From: Raillietiella orientalis
Lineage: Eukaryota
Direction: 5' to 3'
Length of the DNA: 64,000 nucleotides
Assembly (NCBI GenBank): GCA_036172245.1
Contig: JAYWIR010000014.1
Location: 4,092,001 to 4,156,000, forward strand
Part shown: positions 41,123-52,799 of the stretch, one piece after another
How the letters are laid out: each line of letters begins with the position of its first letter
How positions within the stretch are numbered: position 1 is the stretch's first letter
The notes under the pieces: generated by a model
Databases searched by the model: none
What the model saw: the letters and a program-made list of their open reading frames with translations, nothing else
Told to the model about the DNA's origin: nothing
Position numbers and translations under genes: made by a program

Positions 41123-41334
41123 CAGCGCAATATAGTCCCTTCGGTGGGACTATATTGCGCTGTTTGATTTCAGCTTCAAGCTTCATCTTTAGTCTTCCTT
41201 ATGGACACTCACAAAACCATGACCTGAATCATCTCTAGCCAGGCATCTTGACGCGTTGAATTGAAAGCAGCAAGATAGAGTTGGTACAATGACCAGAAGT
41301 AATATAGTCCCTTCGGTGGGACTATATTGCGCTG
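41123..41334. repeat. 17-bp perfect hairpin, 142-bp insert, then 34-bp re-copy of the hairpin
   Basis: CAGCGCAATATAGTCCC-TTCGGT-GGGACTATATTGCGCTG at 41123-41162; 41129-41162 repeated at 41301-41334. Confidence 0.95.
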
Positions 41335-42401
41335 TCACTTGGGTTCGCAGAGTCCTTGAGCTGGCCAGTGGTCTAGTCACCTAATTCCTTCGCTCTTCCA
41401 CCGATCTCACATCGGACCTCCCATCTGGCCGGCCGGTTACTGTCCAGGTGCTTCCTGAGGGACGGCAGTGCCGCGGCTAGGGTGGTTCTTTGTGCCCACG
41501 CACACGTGGTGGGCTGCACGATGACGTCCTGCAGCGAGCAGTTGTTGTAGAAGGAGTGTAGCAGTTGCTGCCGCATCTCTGGGTTCACTTCCTTGTTCTT
41601 GGCCTATGTGCGAACGATTTCCTGAAACCAGGCACTACCTTTCGCGGGCCAGCAAGAGATCCAGTTGTTGGTCCTGGTTAGCTTGACCACTCGCCGGAGC
41701 TCTACTCTGCAGCTGGACACGTTGCGTCTGCGCCGCCGCGCCAGAAAAGAAGACAGTCCCGCTTAGCCAGTGGCTTGTTTGACCAGGTATCGTTTGGCCT
41801 GCACCAGTTTGTGCTCCAAAACTTCGCCACTAGGGTAAGCGTCCTTTACTGCCTCTCGGCTTTCTGCCGCTCCAGGCGCTCCAGCGTCAGAAAGCCGAAG
41901 CCTCTGTTGTGACACGGAGCGCACAAGTCCTTCAGGCGGACTTGGGGCCTCCCTGTGTTCCAGAGGTCGATTCTAAGGAGGTCCTTTGTCCGCCTTTTAG
42001 TTCTACTCAGTGGGGGGCAAACAAAAAGCAGGGGACGGAAGAGAGGATCCACAAACGCGTTCCATACCGCGGCTCGTTTCGACAAGAGAAACTTGTCATT
42101 CTGTAACGGGCCGATCGCTGACTCTGCTTTCTGGAGGTAGTTGGACCACTCCTACGCCGGAAAACAGTTCCCCAGCAGTACACCGAGGTACTTAAAGTAC
42201 CAAATCGTGGGGATCCTTAAGAGGATCCAGTCCAGCTTCCCGGTCCACGCCGAACTACTAACGATTTCGCCCTGTTCACTTCCAGTCCTGTCCAGCGGCT
42301 TGACAGCTCAAAGAAATCATCCAGTGCCGACCCCAGGGTGGACATAAAGAGCAGCAGCAGAAGATCGTCCGCATACGCCGATACAGCAGGTGTACCTGGG
42401 C

Positions 42402-42744
42402 ACACCACCAGACTTAAAAACATTCTGCCGGCACTTGTTCGCATCCAAAACCGGATGCAGTGGCCTCCTCACGGCGTACCGTGATCCCTTCCCTTCCCTT
42501 CCCTCCCCATAAAACATTGTCCCCCCAGGCGTTTTTGTTTGTTTGTTTGTTTTTTTTCTGGGTTTCCGGCCCATTTCGCCAGTGGAAAGGACCTTACCGG
42601 CTTGCGGGTCGGTAAGGACAGGTGCCCCAAGACAGTCAGAACTTTGTGTTCCGACTGAAAAATAACTTTAAGGACAAGACTTTATTATGAAATTTTCATT
42701 TGTAAAATTCTAATAATAAAAGCCCCGGCTTACCCGGGTGAAAA
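42402..42744 (+). mobile_element. 5'-truncated LINE insert A (mainly 3' UTR)
   Basis: TSD ACCTGGGC at 42394-42401 and 42745-42752; removing it restores host CMGPGTPAVSAYADDL in frame; ends AATAAAAGCCCCGGCTTACCCGGGTGAAAA. Confidence 0.9.
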
Positions 42745-44511
42745 ACCTGGGCCCATGCACGGCAGGTGAGCGAGGGTCTCTATGTACGCCCTCAGCACCA
42801 GCACAAAATAAGTACTGAAGGGCAAGGGGCTCAAGCTGTTGCCCTGCCGTATTCCGCGGCACACCGGCACACCGAACACGTTTCGTCCACTGAAAGAAAA
42901 AGTGGTCAAAGCGTCGTCCAGCAAGAGCGCAGAAAGGTCGTCAAAGAGGCCGGGAAGCCCAGGCGTTCCAGGAGCTCCAGAAGAAGTTCCTGGTCGACAC
43001 AGTAGAATGCTTTCCGCAAGACGACTGCGACCGCAAGGGTCGAGACCCAAGGGGACCTTTCCCGACCATTCGCTCACCATCGGCGGACATCCCGGAAATC
43101 GGAGTGCCGACCGTGTTCCCTGCGTTCGCTCTTCTCTGCTGGAACTGAAACCAGATGTTCGCGGAGAGCCGGTTAACGTCCATGCTCCGCCCGGGAACAG
43201 CGTAAATGAAGCTTTCCGCCACCCGTCCTAACCTCTCCACAGTTTCGCCAGCTACTCGGCGTCTGCGTTCAACACGATGATCGGACGCCAGTTGCTGAGG
43301 TACCTTAAGTCCCTTCCCTTCGGGAGAAGACTCATCCGCACCGATCGGAAGGAACGTCGCCTGTCTCCCGAATCAGCAGCGTTAAGCGCTGCACCAAGGG
43401 GGTCGGCTCCTCCAAGAAGCATTGGAAGAACTCCGTAGGCAGACCGCCTTTGTCTCGCGCCTTCCGCCTCTTGAGCTTTCCGATTGCTGTGAAGATTTCA
43501 CCCATCGTAAAAGGCGCGTCGAAGCGTGCTCTCTCCTCCTCCCCAATCTCTGGGCCGCCTTCCGGAAGCAACTCCGCTCCGGAGGTGTCCTAGCATACAG
43601 GTCGGAGTAATAACTGCGCATTGGGAGCTTTACTGCCGAAGGGTTCGAGTGCTCCTGGTCGTCGTCGTCCAACAAACTGGACGACCCGGGTTGCCAGGCT
43701 TGACGCACGGCCACGGCTTTGTGCTCTGCTAGTCGGCGGATGTCCGGTGTTCGTGTGAACCGACGAGCCTGCAAGTACACTCTTTCGTTCCGAACACCCT
43801 CGTCGAATCCTTTTGGAAGACGGTCCAGGGGGAAACGCCCGCGGAACTCTCGGACTAAGACCTTCAAATCGTCTCAGTCGTCGAGCGCCTGCATGCTGCA
43901 ACCTTTCAGGAATGCGTGGAAGTGTTCCGCTGCACCTGGCAAGTTGAGCCATTCCCTCGGGAGTCGCTACGCCTGCAAGGGTGAGGATCTCCTGTCACGC
44001 GGAAGAATGTTAATTTCCACCCAGAAGTGGTCGGAGAGTGTGGACGGCACCTTTCCTCGCCTCTTTACGCGGTAGCGCAGGTGCTGATTGAGGAAGACGT
44101 GGTCCACGCTTCCCTCCATTCCGGGCTCCCCGGCTAACAAGTTGGACGCGTGCATCGCAGCACCCGTTTTGTTAACCGGAGTGGACTCTTCCTTCGTCGC
44201 ACCTGACAGCAGGCGGATGTTGAAATCACCGGCTATGAGATGTGTCTTGAGCACGCCTGCCTCCACAAGCCAGTCGTGCTTCAGGGTAGGGAATAATACT
44301 CTCCGTGCCGTGCGCGGGCAGCCACCGCTGGATGGGTACACTTTCGTAACAGCGAGGTCGATCGAGTCGGTCCACTTGAAAATGATTCGACCGACCCGAC
44401 CTGCCTCGTCGAAACTTACGCTTTGCAACGCGCGTTGCAGGGCAGACTTGAGCAAGAAGACGACCCCGCACGACCGGTGGGAGCCGCAATGCCACGGGAG
44501 CTGACCGCCCG

Positions 44512-44841
44512 GAGGCCACCGAAATAGCCGACGAGAACATGACGTCGGCTGCCAGGTGGTCTCATCTTCCAGAAGACGCAAGGAAGGAGATCTCCGGCAT
44601 CCAATGCCGGTTTTGAAAGAAAGGAACGGCCGAAGCCAAAGACCCCTGTCTCCTCCCCTCCCCATATCTTTATTTATATTTTTTATATGTGTATTTGCGG
44701 TCCCCTCCCTCCCGTTCCGGACTTTCGAATTTGCCGACCTGCGTGTTGGGGAGACTTTCCTTCGTTTTTCTGTTCCCTTTGTCTGGGAATTTTTTTCCTG
44801 GATAGGTTAGTAATAAACGCCCCGGCGCACCCGGATAAGAA
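44512..44841 (+). mobile_element. 5'-truncated LINE insert B
   Basis: TSD GGA(G/A)CTGACCGCCCG at 44497-44511 and 44842-44856; carries ORF2 end (PMPVLKERNG), CCTCCCGTTCCGGAC and the terminal stem-loop; splits the host endonuclease. Confidence 0.9.
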
Positions 44842-45007
44842 GGAACTGACCGCCCGCTATCCTTTCGATCTCTCGCGTGTGTTCTGGTGGATCTCCTGCA
44901 GGAGTACGAGGTCAAAGAGTTGCAGGGCCTCAGCTGTGTCTCGTCTCCTGCCGTCGTGGGGAAGCCCGTTGATGTTCCAGCTGACCACGCGTAGTCGACA
45001 CCAGGTG

Positions 45008-47245
45008 GCGAGTCCCAGCCTTACTGTGGGAAAGTGATGTTGCGGCTACCGCCTCTGGTTCGGACGGGGTGCTGCTTGGGGACCCTGTGGCTGGGGTTCC
45101 ATGCTTGGTGTGCTCCCCGAAGGACTCGTGGTCCCCCCTCCCCTTGTGTGCAGACACCTCCGTGTTCCCTCTGAGTTGTAAACGGGATGCCCTGATGTTT
45201 CCGCGCTAGAGGTTCCAGTGCAATCAACGCAAACACCTGGTTTCCTGGAGAGTTGTCTCCCCGAATTGTTTGAGGTGCAAGACGATCGAATCATTCCTGC
45301 ATCTTTTTCTGGAATGTAATGCCCTTCGGAACTTATGGTGGAAGCTCGTTTCGGCGCTCCGACAGCCGCAGGACACCGTGTTGGACTGACTGAGACGCTT
45401 CTTCACCATAGGCGGGCTGAAGAAGAGCTCTGTGATTTCATACCCGGGTGCGCCGGGCATTTATTTCTCTTAGAGAGATCAATGAAGCCAAAAGGATTAT
45501 TACACTTAAAATAAGGGGAGGCCAGCGAGGTCAATCACGTCCACGAACGAGAAGGGGGATGAAACAAAAACAGAAAATAAAAACAAACTATAGCAAACAA
45601 AAACAAAAAACAAAAATCAGTTGGAGGGAAGGGAAGGAATCAAGCTTCGTGGTGGATGAGGCCTCTGCATCCGTTGGAGGATGCCGGCGAGCTCCTCCTT
45701 CTCCCTTTCCAGTTGGAGTCATCTCAAAGCTATCTGTAGGAAACGGATGGCGTGCAGGACAGTCCCTCCGTCGCTGCGACCTCTCTCGACGCCGCACTTC
45801 GCCGCGACGGCACCGCGCACGCAGCACAGCGCTGCGATTGCGGCTTCGGGCGTCATGGAGTCCCGCACGAAGAGGGTCCTCAAAGAGTCTCTGGGATCGT
45901 CCACGGGGTGCGGAAGGGACGCAGAGAAACGTTCCCACAATTCCCGGAGGGCGACATACTGCACTATGAGGTGGGGGAATGTCTCCTTCTCTCCACATCT
46001 GGCACAGTTCGGCGATGCGCTTCCCCTCGTCCAGTGGTGCGCATTGCACGGGAGACCCCAGTGCAGTATCAGCAGCGCCGATTGCTGCCACTTGAGGAAA
46101 CCCAGGTTACTGTCCGTAAACAAAGGGGCACTTCGAACTCTTCGGGCTGAATGGAGAAGAGTTCATCCCAATGTTCCAGTCCTTTGGAGACGGTTGTTGC
46201 TGTTGCCGCGTTAGCCAGCCACCGATAGGCTTCCTGAGGGCCGAGATCTTGCAGGAAACCTCCCACTCCGCCGGTAGGCAGGAGCCATGTACCGCGATAG
46301 CGGAGGAAATCGCTGCGGCGAAGGGGTGGCTGCTGGGTGGGCCAATATAGGGCCTAACTACGCACCGCCTCCAGTGTTCCTCCGCTGTTCTTCTGAAACT
46401 CTCAGCAGCGGGTAACTTCCAACGGATCCGGGTGAGTTGGGCCCACGTCCTCACTTTCTCCTGCCGCCAGGCCGGGATGTTCGCAGGGCGGCAGCAAATC
46501 CACTTGTTTGCTCTCACCAGAACAGCGACACACCGGAGAGGGAAGTCGCAAGATGGGAGGTGGTGGTGGTGGCACGCAAACAGGGTTGCGAGTCCTTCGC
46601 CACTCACTGCCAGTCGGGAGAGAAAACGTGCAGGAGCGCACCAATGGGTGGCCTACTTCTGTGCTACGAAGGCCAGTCTTCGGAAGTTCAGTTGAACTTC
46701 CATGCGCTCCAACGTCAGCAGTCCAAGTCCTCCGTCGCGACGAGGAGCGCACAAGTCTTTTAATCAGACTCGGAACCTCCCACTGCCCCAGAGGGCTTTT
46801 CGAAGGAGATCCTTCGTCCGTTTCATCATACCGGGGGAGGGGTCTGTGATCTCAACGAGCTTCTGCATCCGCGCGCCTTGGCAACAGCCCGTTCCGTGAT
46901 GGAGTCTCGTTCTCAGCGGAGGGAGGTCACCACCTCGATGAGGACGGCTACGCAGTGGTCTCACCTGCGAGAAGTCGCCAGGGAGATCGCCAGCATTCAG
47001 CGCTGGCCCTAGGAAGGATGGAGTGGCTAAAATCAAAGGCCCTTGTCCCTACCCTTCTCCATCTTTTGCTTTATTTATTGTATCCTCCCTCCCGTTCCCG
47101 ACTCCCTTAGAAGCCGGTCTGCGAGCTGGTGCTCACCTTCAGCCGACTTCTTTTGTTGTTGTATCTTTGTGTTTAATGGATACTGACCCTTCTGACTTGT
47201 AATTTACTTATTTTTAAAGAAACCTCCCGACGTGACCCGGTACAA
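45008..47245 (+). mobile_element. 5'-truncated LINE insert C (itself interrupted by D)
   Basis: PNCLRCKTIESFLHLFLEC finger near 45260-45320; reading resumes SVIS-TSFCIRA after D; 3' UTR about 47040-47245; candidate TSD ACCAGG(T/C)G at 45000-45007 and 47246-47253. Confidence 0.8.
45441..46842 (-). mobile_element. 5'-truncated LINE insert D, inside C
   Basis: TSD TCTGTGAT(T/C)TCA at 45429-45440 and 46843-46854; LKDLCAPRRDGGLGLLTLERME and LHWGLPCN...PNCARCGEKETFPHL; ends AATAAATGCCCGGCGCACCCGGGTA. Confidence 0.9.
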
Positions 47246-47639
47246 ACCAGGCGAGGCTTACGACGCAATGTTTCCTCAGTAGTAAAAATGCCAAGAGCGC
47301 AAGTTCACTTCGGACCGGCAGTTTCACACAAGCGATCCCTTGAGGGTGAACGGTGAACTCGTGGATGTTTTCCGGGTGTTCAAAGTCGCCAACTTTCCAC
47401 GATTCCACTAGTGTGAGAAATAAACGAAAGAATAGAATAAACGTCTGGAAAATGCACTTCCATAGAAGACACGTGCGCCTCAAGGCAGCAGGCAGCAAGA
47501 CGAGACAGGACCAAGACACGGCAGCTCGGAAAGTCCATACTTAATCTATAAATGTAAAGTACGAAAAAAATTTATTGCTTATATCCTAGACAATGACTCC
47601 AGTTAGCTTCAGCTGCTTTGAAAGCAAATCTTCCACTAT

Positions 47640-47950
47640 CCAGAAACTGGTGCAATTTGGAATCTTCTCGGTGGAGGTTCGAACTCCCTCTCAGCGAATG
47701 AGTTCTCGAACAATAATTTGGCATGCTTCTCTTCGAAAGTGTTCGAATAACTGGAGATAAACATAATCTCTCGAACGGAGTTCCACTGGCTATTTCCTTC
47801 CGCATTCACCGAGAAAGAACGGAATTCATTCCGTTCCTTAGAGTCGTGCATGCATTAACGAGCGTATCCTCAGAAAGCTTCATTCGGATGCCGAATTGCA
47901 TTCACTTGAAAAATGCATCAGAGCTGGAAGGAGTACGATGCAACTGAGAA
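47640..47950 (+). pseudogene. leucine-rich-repeat remnant
   Basis: FSNNNLACFSSKVFE*L and LTSVSSESFIRMPN fit extracellular LRR consensus. Confidence 0.35.
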
Positions 47951-49339
47951 AACTCAAATAATTTTCAGAAAGTGATTTCATCTCACCATTAGTTTGCTTT
48001 CAGTTTTCGTTTCTCTAAAGGACTCTCTCTCCGAGTGCACTGAACCTGTCTTTCTGAATTATCGAATCTTGTGAAATGCAGGCTTGGCGGCCGTTATCTG
48101 GTTAAATGGCATTGGATTCGTTTCTCATGCCTATTATATGAATGATGGGAAAAGCTAGACTTTTTTGCTCGGTCCACTTTAGGTTATATGGAAAAAAAAT
48201 GAAAAAAAAAAAGACTATATATGGGGAGGCATCTTCTAGCAAAAAAGCACTCTGAAGATCAGAATGTGCTTTTTCACTTTCTTGATCCTGCTTTTACTTA
48301 CAAAACTACTCATGATCTTCCTTCTGAAATGAGTCCGCGACCTGCAAGCTCTCTTCAGCTTTCTGCTGCACTGAAGATCTCTGGAATTTTATTACGTGTA
48401 TTGCAGCTTGCATTTAAAGTCCACTGTCTTCAAGCCAAGAAGCATTCTACGTTAAGGATTTTTCAAAGTCCCCTCAAAACCGACTCTCCGCCGTGTTTGA
48501 CCGTGACAATTTCTGACGAGTTCACGTGTTTTGAAACAGTAGGACCACAAGTCCCCAGGAACACAAGTGGACCTTTCATCACCAATCTTTTAACGAATCA
48601 GGCAATGCTAATCGACTCCGTCGACTTACTGCGTTCCTGAGCTGCAAACCTCAGTAGAAGTCGCTATTTCTCATTTACACGAAGCTCGAAGTAACTCTTG
48701 AAGCCATCTAAGCAGAAGAACAAACTGTACCTTACGTACCTGACTATGCATGACGCGACTGTAGAATTCCAGGTGGTCCCTTACATGCTTGTCGCAAACA
48801 GTAGACAGAAGTAAGAGCTCCCAACAGAGATAAAAACTGCGAGATACATAGAGGGAAATGAAAATTCCCCCTTTATTTATCTCGCAGGTCTCAGAATCAC
48901 TGATTTTGTACCAGCACTTCACAGAATTAGAAGACTCGATCTTAGACCGTTATTACTACTACCTAGTGAGATGCTCTGCATCAGGAGAGGGACCATCAGA
49001 AAAAAAAAAAAAAAAAAAAACGGATATCCATCATGACTTTTGATCTTATGACTTCTTTCCATCGTCGAATCACTTTCAAAGGCCAAATCATTACTCCGAA
49101 ATCTAATAGGAATGCACAAAATAGGTGATGTCAGTCATTAGGAACCAAGTGTACCGTAACAGGCTGAAATCGAACCCTGGGGCGTTACTTGTCTGCTTTT
49201 GCCCGCGATGCCATGCAACGAACGTGCATGGCGCACAAGGAAAAGCACAAGTTCAAAGTTGGTTCGCTAAGTACCTCAGAGCCGGTCGCGTGCCTCGCGG
49301 CGCACGTGGCTCTTTTTTTTTTTTTTAAACATTAAACAC

Positions 49340-50125
49340 TATTTTGTTTCCACGCCCCTCCGCCCGCGGCAACCCGCAGGGGGACGTGTAATTCTTCAGG
49401 ATAGGGGGCACCCCGGGATGGGGGTCCGCCCTATGAATCCAGGAAGGGCTCGGAGTCCGTTCCTCTCACGCTTGAGGAGGGATTCCCCCGGACGGGGGGG
49501 ATCGCACCTCCCACCCTGGTTGTCTCCGAAGGGGAACCCCGAAGGGAATCTCCTTCCTCATTCTCTCCGGAGGGACACCCCCCACCAATGGGGAGGGGCT
49601 GTCCTCTCCACTTCAACTTCATTTCAACTTCTCCGAAGGGAACCCGGAAAGGATCCGCTTGTAGGAATTTCTTCTCCTGAGGGAACCCGCAAGGGAACCG
49701 CTCCTTTATTCACTCCTCTGAAGAGAACCCCGAAGGGACGCTTCCGAAACTCAGAAGGGGCGCTGCAGCTTCCCGCAGGAAATCGCTCTCGCTTCCTTGT
49801 GCACTCTGTGAAGAGGCGACGACTCGGAGGGTCCCCCGGTGGGGGGGGTCCGCTCTCCGTTGCAGGACAGGAGGGGGGGACTCCCCACTCCTTGATTCCT
49901 GGGAGGACCCAAAGGTCGACTCCCATTGTTCCGGCCTTCATCGGGGGCCTCCGGCTTAATCCACCTCCGGTGCCACGCCCGAATGTCTCGGCCAACTAGC
50001 GCCATTGCAGGAGAAACTCGGAACTCAACAACGCAGTGGCGTCAGAGTTTCTGCCGAAGTATTCGAACCCGCGACGCATGGTGCCACACGCGGAAGCCTT
50101 AACCACAAGGCCTCCGACGCGGGCC
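49340..50125 (-). mobile_element. tRNA-derived SINE, copy 2
   Basis: Head GGCCCGCGTCGGAGGCCTTGTGGTTAAGGC...GGGTTCGAATAC (B box 50059-50070); body colinear with about 62850-63644; no TTTT on the transcribed strand in the body; A14 on minus at 49313-49326. Confidence 0.8.
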
Positions 50126-52799
50126 TTGTGGTTCAAAGTTGGCAAAAGAAGATGCAACACCTGGGATTTGGAACCCGATTTTGGGTGCACTCAGTCACGC
50201 GGAGCAGAAGCAAAATTGTCCCAAATGTTTTGCACACATTTAGAGTTGCAACATTTAGTAAAACCTCTCCTTGCAATTCCAAACTTTCCGAACTGAGGTG
50301 ATTTCATGGGGTCTCATGTCAGTTTGACCAGCGGCCAGAAAGATTTAAGACGATGTCTCCCGAGAAAATCGTGCTCAAGAGATAGAAGTCACCTTTCACA
50401 GGATCGTGGATACTAATTCCAAATAAACTTGGAATATTAAAAAAAAAAAAAAAAAAAAAACCAAATCGTCTACAGCTGACACTTCTAATTATGGCATAGT
50501 TACAAGAATCGTGCGTAAAGCAAACACTCTAAAATGATGAGCTCGGTGGAATAAGAGGAAAACGATAGAATAAACAGCGTTGAGTTATAAAGCACGCGAA
50601 AAAATAGGGAAAAATCAATTCGTTCCTCTTAGTGATTCGATCAATAACCAATCACACATGGCTACAAATCCCTCACATGCGTAGTTATAGCGGCGGACGA
50701 CGTCCTCCGGAGAATCACATCTTGCGTTCCGCAGAGCGTTAACCATGTTAATCTCCAGACATGACTCTGAGCATGCAAGAAGTAGCGCGTCCCGTTTGTC
50801 GTAATGCGATATCATCCTTTCAGTCTCTGTGAAATCTCGTCTCTTCCCTTGAGGGTGAAGGCGGCACTCGCTGCCTTCGCCACTTGAGCAAACCTTTGGT
50901 CATCCTTTAGCGAAATTTTCCTGCAAATCTTCTCAGCGCTCGGTTGCCACTCGATCATTCGATACGGCGAGTTCCTCCTCCAGGGTGGATTTCGCCCTCT
51001 GTTTTATTTAGATGAAGAAGGCGTCTCTTTCCGAAGAGCATCTGCTGTCCGTGTTTGCTTTGTGCACGGGAATGTATTTCTACTTCATAAATAAGCATGA
51101 GGAATGTTCATTAAGCTCGCTGCTTTGTGGTGCGGCTGCTACGGGACGGAGGGTCCAATGGAAGCTGCTGGTTGGTGTCTTTCGTTCCCAGTGCTCTCAG
51201 CAGCGTGTGCCCTTCATACCGCCTCTGGCTGGTACATCCTGAACCTCAAGGTGCGTTTATTCCACATGTGCTCCGGCTCTTTGGACTCCTCAGACATGGC
51301 GACACGGCTGGAGATGATTCCAATGGCAAATCGAAATCGAAGTGACCACACAATCAGCAATGGACTGGTGGTGATTCGAGTTCGAAAGCACATCTAATTT
51401 CCGCTTCATTTAGTCGCGAGTTTTTCATCTTCCGAGCGGGAGAACTGATTACGTGTGTTCGATTGGATGCGAAGACGAACAGTTTTTGAAGAGAAAGTGA
51501 AAACTCTCGCTCTGACGATTGCTCGTGTGGGAAATCCGAGTGTTTTTGCATTCGAGTAGGGATTCAGAAATTAGAATTCGTTTCGTATGCTCGAAGAGCG
51601 TAAGCATTTTTAAAAGTGTAAGCATTCTCTTTTTTTTTTTTTTTTTGAGACTGTTTGGAATTTTGAGCATTTCAAAAATGTTCCTTTTCTGATTCGGGTT
51701 TCGGTTTTCCAAGAGGAAATCAGCGCTTATAAGAGAACCTTCGTGAATAGAGGAATCATTTCGTCTGTTTACAAAGCCCGACACATCTTCCAGGACACGA
51801 GGCCGAAGATTCCTCCGTGTTTGTTTCAACTTCTCTTCATCGTTGTGGTTCGGATGAATTCTCAAAGAAGACGGGCAGGAGCGACCGTGCTAAGGCGCAC
51901 GCACAGCTCCTATTGAATTTATATAGCAATGAAAATCGAAAAGCGACCAGGGAACAGAATTCCTCCCCAGGAAAAGTCATGAAGTACCTGGGAATGGAGC
52001 CGATGAAACCGAATTTCGCGCCATCAATTTTGATGTATAGTGGAGTTCTAGAAAGGCTATTAGATGATCTACAACGAACAGCATGGACCATAGAACTTCC
52101 AAATATGCATGGAGCTTTACAGAAACGTAACGGTTTGCTTCAGTCGTCGAGGAAGTGCGGAAACGGATGAACTTTTGCTATTAGGACTCTGAAGGGACGA
52201 ATTCATATGGGGTTGCCTGCTAGAGATGGCGGCGGTGGATGCAGAGTTTGATTTCAAATGCTAATGGGATAATTAATGTTTAAAAGCATCCGGAGGATCT
52301 TAATGTTGCATCTTTTCTACCTCCCTGCAAGCATGAAACAAGTGCATACAAATAAACAGAAGCAGGCAGACGTGGGGGCAAATAGGGCGCAGCCCACTCG
52401 TACCAGCCTGCATGACCATGATTTACATGTACGTGTTCCTTCACTCCCATGACAGTGCAATTCACACGCCAGTGTCTCGAGAGCTGCGCTCCCCTCGTCT
52501 CCTGAGACCTGTGAGCAAAACATGGCAGAGGCAAAGTTTTTTTTTCCTCAGCAAACCTTACCAATTAATTGGACAGAAAAGTTCTGCTGGTGAGTTCAAG
52601 ACGTCCACGTTCTTAAGGGAATGAAACATCACGGCGCTTTCAAGATTGAAATGCAAGCCGCATGATTCTCTGGGAGCAGTTTTCCGGGGAAAGCGAACAT
52701 CATTCACAGGTCCAGCATTGGTTTCAGATGTCACTTCGGCTAGAATGGAATCATCGATACGGTTGATCAAAAGGCAAACAAAAGAGAAAAAACACCTTC

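Larger units (their letters stand above)
40388..47521 (-). mobile_element. Tx1/L1-like non-LTR retrotransposon (host element 1; about 4.0 kb after removing nested inserts), decayed ORF2 with APE endonuclease, RT and CCHC finger
   Basis: EN motifs LRVVSWNINGL, DLVLLQEIH, LIAGDFN, SVDHVF, LSDH; RT motifs PFTMGEI, GLPTEFF, NWRPI, RGIRQGNSLSP, AYADDL, KYLG; finger remnant near 40900; 3' terminal stem-loop; candidate TSD C(T/A)GCTCGG at 40380-40387 and 47522-47529. Stops and frameshifts throughout. Confidence 0.9.

Noticed and set aside
41123..41162. Helitron 3' hairpin or intrinsic terminator
   Set aside because: No CTRR end at the expected distance, and the hairpin lies within LINE ORF2 that reads through it.
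46682..47836. 9-bp perfect palindromes at 46682-46701 and 47817-47836
   Set aside because: A few stems of this length are expected by chance in 64 kb.
49718..49752. Hammerhead ribozyme core CTGAAGA...GAAAC in the SINE
   Set aside because: Stem II does not close properly, GAAA is not kept in copies 1 and 3, and it is on the non-transcribed strand.
50050..50125. tRNA genes here and at about 1220-1289 and 63565-63644
   Set aside because: A/B boxes are present but acceptor and T stems do not pair, and each is attached to the same long body, so they are SINE heads.
50615..52170. RING-like (GHTL) and 5'-nucleotidase-like (IDGAKFGFIG) scraps on minus
   Set aside because: Single short motifs with no corroboration.
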